A program made the translations under genes and the position numbers. This document shows, piece by piece, positions 49,701-64,000 of a stretch of 64,000 nucleotides of DNA. The stretch is taken from contig NIVC01002759.1 of assembly GCA_002269645.1 (NCBI GenBank), positions 78,663 to 142,662 on the forward strand, in the 5' to 3' direction. The stretch is from Macrostomum lignano (Eukaryota). The stretch's first letter is position 1; every line of letters starts with the position of its first letter. Below the pieces are notes generated by a model. The model was given only the letters and a program-made list of their open reading frames with translations. It searched no databases and had not been told where the DNA came from.

Positions 49701-52700
49701 AGCCTTGCACATCTAAGTTGGACAAAGTTAAAAGACTAAAGATGGAGACCGACGAGCATTTGGATGACTTAAAAAGATCTATTGAAAAGGGACTTCGCGG
49801 ACAAGACGCGCTGAAGCCGAAATTTCTTGAGGTCGTGTCCAGGACAAAGGAACTGCCCGATCACCTTGTGAAGAGCAAACTGCCTCCGGGCTGCGTGTCA
49901 AAAAAACTCGCGATTAAATGTCTCTCCAAGTTTTTCGAATCTGGGACGGACGTGAACGCGCAGAATAATGAAGGCAAAGGAGCTCTGCATTTCGCGGCCG
50001 AGGTTGGAAGCAAGGAGATGATTCGCTTCCTTCTATCAAAAGGGGCGCTTATTGATCTCAAAGACAAACATGGTGAAACGCCAGTTTTTGGTGCCATCAG
50101 ACGGGGCAAAGAGAAAGTGGCCGAGCTGCTGCTCGACCGGGGAGCGAGTGCCTCTAGTACGAATAACAATGGACTGTCGGTGTTCTCGCTGGCTGTCGCG
50201 GTCAACAGTGTCAAAGTGGTTGAACTTCTTCGGCAAACGGAGGCCTCACTAAGCATCGATCATGTAGTTGACGAGCTGAAGCTAGAAGACATATTCAAGT
50301 TTCAAAACGTTAAGCACTTGGAATTCCTTCTCAGCAGAGATTTCGATGGAAAGAAGAGAGAAAACGGTATGACCATTCTTCATCACTTGATTTTGGCTGG
50401 CGACATTCAACTGTTAAGAGCGGTTCGAAGGAATCCCAAGTGCTCGTTTCTTAAGGAAATTGTGAACGATCAGGACGCAGATGGCAATTCAGCCTTGCAC
50501 TTGGCGCTCATGACTGGCAGGCTGGACATGGCTGCCGTGCTGTCTGACCTTCAGTGCCGCACCGATCTGAGGAATGCACGCGGCCACTTGCCACTGCATG
50601 TTGCTGTTAGCGAGAACAAACTCAGCTTGGTCAGGTGGCTGTTTGATCACTGCAAAATAAGTGTTCGACCGGATGCAGAGGAACCAGAAGGCACCCAGTC
50701 TCCGCTACACCTTTCTGCAACCATGGGCAACCTGCTGGTGTTCGAATATCTGCAGCAGAAAAACTTTAAACCTGAAACAGTTTGCAGCAACAAAAACAAC
50801 TGCGCCCATTACGCAGCCATTCATGGAAACCTGCACATCCTGGAAGCTATTTTCGGCTGCCCAGAACGTGAAAATCTACTAAAAGAAGAAAACTGCCAGA
50901 ATCTGACGCCATTGTTATGCGCTATTCTTAACGGTCACGAGCGCGTTGCCAGATTTCTGTACGAGAAAAACCCCGTCATGCCGCCTACCGCTATAAACCT
51001 TTTGGTTCAACGGGGACACCAGCAAATGTTCGACTGGGTAAGCAAGACCGAAAGACCCGGGACCGCTTTGCTTTCTGCTGTCTGTTCCGGAAATCTTCAC
51101 TTGATTAAGAAGCTCATTAGGGACTCAACGGATTGGCAAAAAAACATCGACGAGGATCAGCAAGACAGCTTCGCACACGTGGCTGCGTCATTTGGGCATG
51201 GACACTTATTGAGGTTTTTGAATGATAAACAAGTGAATCTGGATCTGAAAAACAAAAATGGCGACACGCCCTTGCTGAAGTGCGCCAGCAGTGGACATCT
51301 GGTTTTAATGAAACTGCTTCAAGAGTTCAACTGCATCGTTGAAGAGAAGAACGAGATGGACAGGAGCATTGTACACCTGGCCAGTATCGGGTCCGACGGC
51401 AGAAGGGGTCACCTGAAGGTGTTGAAGTTCGCCAGCGATCAGCAGCTGCCGCTCGATGAAGCGGACTCGCAAGGCAACACAGGGCTCATGTACGCATGCC
51501 GCAGGGGATTCAAGGACATTGCGGAGTACCTGGCCAGCAGCCAGTGCGATGCAAACAAGGCCAATTCAAGAAAACTCACTGCAGTTCATCTGGCCGTCCT
51601 GTCAGGCCGGTCCGACATCCTGGAAGTTCTCTACAAGCACGGCGCTGATCTAAACGCGACGGACGCGAATGAAACAACCCCATTGATGATTGCCGCCTAC
51701 CGCCACCACCTGGACTGCATGAGTTTCCTAGTGGATCGGCTGGACGAGGCTGCAATCTGCAAACAAAATAAGTTTGGTTGGACGGCTCTGAAGATCGCTC
51801 GTCGGTCAGGACTGCCAGCCTGTGCTACATCTGAAATGGAGTCTATGCTGAGTAGGAAAATTCAACTGCCGCCGGAAAGCGAGCATAGGTAAGTGGCTTG
51901 AGGCCTCTTTTTGTAACTGGTAGCTCGCGCTCTTAGACTCAATAGCCCTCAATAGCCTATAGAGAAATCATCGATGCATGATTGCATTCCTTCTGAGAGC
52001 AATTAGAACAAATTTAAATTTTACAGCAAAACGATTCCCGAAGAGGAGATTGTCACAGACATCGACATGAATCTGTCCGCTCATCAGCAACGGCAGCCAC
52101 TGCAGGTAGACAAAAACCTCGCCGTAGAAGAAAATCCACAGGAGCTGAACAATGATGAGGAAGATCGGTGAGGTTCCAGAAAAAATTATTGTCCGTCTTA
52201 ACAAAGTGAGAATTTGCTGAGTCTGCATTAATCAATCTGGGCTATGGATCAAAAGTCTACAGCAGGATCTAACTTCTGTGTGTTAGTCTGGAGCAGTAAC
52301 TAACTCTTGTGTGTTAGTCTGGAGCAGTAACTAACTCTTGTGTGTTAGTCTAGAGCAGTAACTAACTCTTGTGTGTTAGTCTGGAGCAGTAACTAACTCT
52401 TGTGTGTTAGTCTGGAGCAGTAACTAACTCTTGTGTATTAGTCTGGAGCAGTAACTAACTCTTGTGTGTTAGTCTGGAGCAGTAACTAACTCTTGTGTGT
52501 TAGTCTGGAGCAGTAACTAACTCTTGTGTGTTAGTCTGGAGCAGTAACTAACTCTTGTGTGTTAGTCTGGAGCAGTAACTAACTCTTGTGTGTTAGTCTG
52601 GAGCAGTAACTAACTCTTGTGTGTTAGTCTGGAGCAGTAACTAACTCTTGTGTGTTAGTCTAGAGCAGTAACTAACTCTTGTGTGTTAGTCTGGAGCAGT

Positions 52701-54259
52701 AACTAACTCTTGTGTGTTAGTCTGGAGCAGTAACTAACTCTTGTGTGTTAGTCTGGAGCAGTAACTAACTCTTGTGTGTTAGTCTGGAGCAGTAACTAAC
52801 TCTTGTGTGTTAGTCTGGAGCAGTAACTAACTCTTGTGTGTTAGTCTGGAGCAGTAACTAACTCTTGTGTGTTAGTCTGGAGCAGTAACTAACTCTTGTG
52901 TGTTAGTCTAGAGCAGTAACTAACTCTTGTGTGTTAGTCTGGAGCAGTAACTAACTCTTGTGTGTTAGTCTGGAGCAGTAACTAACTCTTGTGTGTTAGT
53001 CTGGAGCAGTAACTAACTCTTGTGTGTTAGTCTGGAGCAGTAACTAACTCTTGTGTGTTAGTCTGGAGCAGTAACTAACTCTTGTGTGTTAGTCTGGAGC
53101 AGTAACTAACTCTTGTGTGTTAGTCTGGAGCAGTAACTAACTCTTGTGTGTTAGTCTGGAGCAGTAACTAACTCTTGTGTGTTAGTCTGGAGCAGTAACT
53201 AACTCTTGTGTGTTAGTCTAGAGCAGTAACTAACTCTTGTGTGTTAGTCTGGAGCAGTAACTAACTCTTGTGTGTTAGTCTGGAGCAGTAACTAACTCTT
53301 GTGTGTTAGTCTAGAGCAGTAACTAACTCTTGTGTGTTAGTCTGGAGCAGTAACTAACTCTTGTGTGTTAGTCTGGAGCAGTAACTAACTCTTGTGTGTT
53401 AGTCTGGAGCAGTAACTAACTCTTGTGTGTTAGTCTGGAGCAGTAACTAACTCTTGTGTGTTAGTCTGGAGCAGTAACTAACTCTTGTGTGTTAGTCTGG
53501 AGCAGTAACTAACTCTTGTGTGTTAGTCTAGAGCAGTAACTAACTCTTGTGTGTTAGTCTGGAGCAGTAACTAACTCTTGTGTGTTAGTCTGGAGCAGTA
53601 ACTAACTCTTGTGTGTTAGTCTGGAGCAGTAACTAACTCTTGTGTGTTAGTCTGGAGCAGTAACTAACTCTTGTGTGTTAGTCTGGAGCAGTAACTAACT
53701 CTTGTGTGTTAGTCTGGAGCAGTAACTAACTCTTGTGTGTTAGTCTGGAGCAGTAACTAACTCTTGTGTGTTAGTCTGGAGCAGTAACTAACTCTTGTGT
53801 GTTAGTCTAGAGCAGTAACTAACTCTTGTGTGTTAGTCTGGAGCAGTAACTAACTCTTGTGTGTTAGTCTGGAGCAGTAACTAACTCGTGTGTTAGTCTG
53901 GAGCAGTAACTAACTCTTGTGTGTTAGTCTGGAGCAGTAACTAACTTGTCTTTTCTGCGCCGGACTCGAGACAGACTGCATAGCTCATAACCCCCCCCCC
54001 CAAACGGGCACCCTGCAGGTCATCGAACCTCGTCGACACCCGGTGCCGCAAACCGAAGCTGGTCGCAGACCTGGCTGTCGTGAGTGGAACGGGAGATCAG
54101 CAGGACGGGCAGAACGAACCTTCAGCTGTCGATGAAGACAAAGATGAAGAAGAGGCTGATTCCTCATCACCGAGACGGCAGTTTCCCTCGGTTGAGCAGA
54201 TGTCTGCTATGCCCGTTCCTGGAGTACCGCCCGAACTGCCCAACTGTGCGCAGCAGTGA
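46796..54259 (+). CDS. Giant ankyrin-repeat protein (predicted 1824 aa) with acidic tail and C-terminal CaaX (CAQQ)
   Basis: The 5093-nt first exon 46796-51888 is nearly all G.T.LH.A-type ankyrin repeats. The stop of the 1698-aa ORF lies inside a consensus donor AG|GTAAGT. Phase-2 exons 52027-52167 (TTTTACAG...CG|GTGAGG) and 54019-54259 (CCCTGCAG) continue in frame to ...PPELPNCAQQ-TGA. Exon 1 is high confidence; the spliced tail is predicted. Confidence 0.85.
52275..53945. repeat. 31-bp highly homogeneous minisatellite (AGTCTGGAGCAGTAACTAACTCTTGTGTGTT)n, ankyrin-gene intron 2
   Basis: About 54 nearly identical units with an occasional TAGAG variant and no spacers. Confidence 0.98.
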
Positions 54260-56915
54260 ACTGCAGACAGTTTATTCGTTTATGAGTGAACTTTTGTTGA
54301 CTGTTTTTTGTTCAAATTTGAATTCATTTAAAGTTTTAGAGGCCAAAAATGGTTTAACCAATACGTTATAACAAATTTACTCACTCAACAATTTTACTAA
54401 GTATTTGACTTGGCTATCAAACAGGATGAATTCAAATTTGCTCAACCTTGACATTTCCATGAACACAAATTCTTTAAAAATTTCATCGAATTGAAACAAA
54501 GTTTGATCCGTTTTTATAATAGTTTAAACTACTCTTGTAATAAATCAAAATAATATGTTGTACCATATACGTTTAAAACCACCGTAATATTGGCTTTGGT
54601 TTTTTCCTTTACCTTTTCCTCATTACCTTTTGATAATTTTTTTCCTTTCCATGTTAACCAGCTATTTCAAAACTGCTCATGCCTCACTACTTTGTCCGAG
54701 TATATTAACCAAAAAATTTATGCGAAATATATAGAAGCTTGGCTTGCTAGAAGCTAATGCTTCGTTTGAAATTTACTATTCTGAATCGAAAAATGAAGTA
54801 TTTCATTCAGCTATGACATGATTAAGCGGTTCTCTGTGTCCCACTATTATTTGCCTATTGCCTATGCAGCACACTCACCGTTTAGTCTACTGCTAGTAGC
54901 AATTTTAGACATACCCTTTTTTGTACTTTGAATTTTACATTTCTTATATTTCATACATGGACAGCTGAAGTAGAAGGACGCTACACAGGATTTTCTTAGA
55001 AATCAGGCTGGAGGCTGGAGTGGCGTTCTATTGTGAGTTGTTTCACGTCGTCATGGCAACTTGAGTTTTACGCGTCGTTGGTAAAACAGAAGCCAATTAT
55101 ACCTGAACGACTACGAGTAACTTCTTTTTGTAGGCAGGCCACATTGCAGCTCATTACCTTTCGGTTCGCGAGTCCAATTAGTGTGTACACCATGCAGTCT
55201 CTTTTCGAATGTCTAAATAAGAATTTCTTTACCAAGCATGACCTGCAAGATGCCATCTTCGATGCGATCGCAACAAAAACACCCACCCGTATGAGAGTTC
55301 GGACCGAGCTGCAGTGGAGCAAATCACAAATTCTTCCCGTCAACATCGGCTTAGCCACACGGAAGCTACGAAGAGACTAAGCTGACAGACAGAAAGTCTC
55401 GCCGTCTTGTCCTTCCCTCACGCATCTTTCGGAACAAAATCCTAAAATTCAACGGATTTGTCTTTAGCGACTCCTCAGAGTTCCTTCCCGGCTCCCCTTC
55501 GCTCGTCAGTGCAGATCCGGGCGGATCAGAGTGCAGAAGAAGCCGCCTCGTTCCGGTCTTGTCTTGTCCCGCCTCGCAACCTTCCCTCATCCTCTGCCTG
55601 CGTCTCCGCCATCGTCTTCCCCTTCCCTTGATCAGTCGAACGGCGAACCCACCTGGAAACTCTGCCTGCTCCGCTCCTATTTGAGAATTTTTTCTAGCCT
55701 CCTTCCTTCACCGTCCCGGCAAAGTGTACGGCTGTTCAGAGCAGTGGCACCTTTTCCACTCTCCCCAGATTCTCTTTCTCCATCTCTCCTCCCAAGGAGA
55801 GTCGCGAGTAGAAAACTCGAAAAAGATTCTTACCTACCCCTTCCCCCCTCCTCGATGAACAGTTAAAAAAATAAATGCGATTTTCGGCATTGAACAGCAG
55901 CTGTTGCGGCTTATTCAGGATCGCGGCTACTTTTGAAATTTAACAAAAACAGTTCATATTTTCTTTTGGTCCTCGGCTGAGTGGTAAGTTACAATAGAAA
56001 TATTTTTGTGTTTGCCTTTGTAGACAGACGACATTTCTCTGATAGCTTTTTGAGCTTGCTTGAGAACTGCCACTCCTCAGGTCAATTTACTGAAAGCATC
56101 TTTCTGCTTCTTGCAAAGTACAAAAGTTTTCACCGGATATGTTACAACCATTTGCGGAGTGACTCCGTCCATTGACTGTTAAAGTCCGATTTCACAGTTA
56201 AACCAAACAATTTATTAGAAAATGAATGTAAAACTAGCAGCACCATCAACTACTTTGGCTTGGTGGCTCTGGTTTTCGTTGTATAATTCAGTTTTCTCAG
56301 AAAGGTTTGATGTATAAACGAATTTCGGTAGGTAAAAACTCATCTTCATAAAGTATTTTCATTTTATCGACTGCACTTCTGCAATTTTTGCAGTGCACAG
56401 GGCAATCCGTCCTGGTAGACAACTCAGTGCTTTTCACTTTCAACCCTTAGATTCTATTTTGGAGAATATTTCAGAGATTTTTTTTCCATTCGGTTGCCAA
56501 GGCGCCAGATCAGGATCGATGTGTTTGGCGCCGACTCAAATTAGACTATGTAGTCATACCGTACTCGATTCGATTGTACACCAGACTGGTGACCCGGCGT
56601 CCTGACGCGAGCATCCGTCTTGTCCTGACCCAGGCGAGCAAGGACTCGTGTAGTTGTAGTGTACCCAAGGACTACTAGCATTTTATATGTATGCTGCTGG
56701 AGGTCCTTGACTGTATCCTGTACAGTCTAATGAATCCCTGACAGAGGATTTTCCAGACGGATTTGTCTTAATTATACTCGGTGTGGTAGAACTCCATGGA
56801 AGGCAGCGCATTCTGAACAAAAGCTTAGAGAACGTTTGGAGAACCCACTGTTACTTTCTCGACTCTCAGGAGAGTTTTAAAATGGGACACGAATGCTACG
56901 TACCTACTAGTAGTT

Positions 56916-57240
56916 GGGGGCCGCAGCCCAGTGGCCTAGCGCGGCGCTCTGATGTGCATGCGACCCAGGCTCGATTCCAAGTGCAGTCACATTAACTTGT
57001 GACTAAATTGGAATCTCGGCTTGGCTCTGCTCGTGCAATTAACGGCTTTGAGGGCCAACGCCCAAGGCTCAGTGAAGTGTACATGCCTAACGATAAACAA
57101 AGTTAAAGGGCCGCTGCACACTCCTGTGTGAGTGCGTGTCTGTGCGTTTGACTGCGTACGTATCCGCGCGCTTGTGTGCCTGCTCAGGGAAGTTGGCGGA
57201 ATGGGCAGTAATGCCTCTCACCGGTTGTGTGACAATGTCA
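56916..57240 (+). mobile_element. tRNA-derived SINE, family A copy (3' tail missing)
   Basis: GGGGCCGCAGCCCAGTGGCCTAGCGCGGCGCTCTGATGTGCATGCGACCCAGGCTCGATTCCAAGTGCAGTCAC..., the reverse complement of the 37.5 and 43.7 kb copies. Confidence 0.88.
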
Positions 57241-57405
57241 GTATGTCAGTAACACTTAACTTGATTTAAAAATTAGCTACTGCTTTGACTTTTCTTAGTT
57301 TTTAAACTTCTTTAGTTACACTATAGATTAAATGCAAGATAGTCTACTTGCTATCAAGTAGTCACATTGGAACATGACCTATCAATAAATTATCAGAGAC
57401 GAAAA

Positions 57406-63956
<6,551 letters not shown>

Positions 63957-64000
63957 GTCAGTTGTTGCAGAGAATTGGCTCGATGGATAAAAATTTTGCA

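Noticed and set aside
46796-51892. TRPA1/NOMPC channel or canonical ankyrin
   Set aside because: No transmembrane segments, ZU5/UPA or death domain are present in the ORF or the predicted downstream exons.
52275-53945. CRISPR array (31-bp identical repeats); likewise the 36-41-bp arrays at 12.4 and 29.4 kb
   Set aside because: Units are head-to-tail with no unique spacers, there are no cas genes, and the context is eukaryotic and intronic.
55033-55866. ORFs upstream of CNGB-2
   Set aside because: No recognisable domain or splice-consistent structure; probably promoter or 5' UTR sequence.

Overview
Eukaryotic (metazoan) genomic DNA with spliceosomal GT-AG introns and very dense simple and minisatellite repeats. 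The style suggests a free-living flatworm such as Macrostomum, but that is inference and unverified. Genes reconstructed by hand: EAT-4/VGLUT-type vesicular glutamate transporter (-, 9 exons, 5' end unresolved), intronless NDUFB5 (+), DRG2 (+, 4 exons), a GT31 beta-1,3-glycosyltransferase-like gene with degenerate catalytic motifs and a 1-nt frameshift (-), ACP5-type purple acid phosphatase (+, 3 exons), PYURF/Trm112-like (+), and two tandem TAX-2/CNGB cyclic-nucleotide-gated channel beta paralogues (+). The first paralogue is complete (15 exons, 838 aa); the second runs off the window end and has four 1-nt frameshifts. Between them lies a giant ankyrin-repeat gene that, once two extra exons are spliced on, encodes 1824 aa ending in the CaaX motif CAQQ. 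Mobile DNA: 3' fragments of a LINE, three copies of a tRNA-derived SINE (one with a 15-bp TSD), and a second SINE with a different head and tail but the same central core. Most long introns and intergenic spacers are filled by their own tandem repeat. Best leads: the CNGB-ankyrin(CaaX)-CNGB cluster with a divergent pore, the shared-core SINE pair with a matching LINE tail, and a possible readthrough extension of VGLUT. No CRISPR, rRNA or intact tRNA genes were found.
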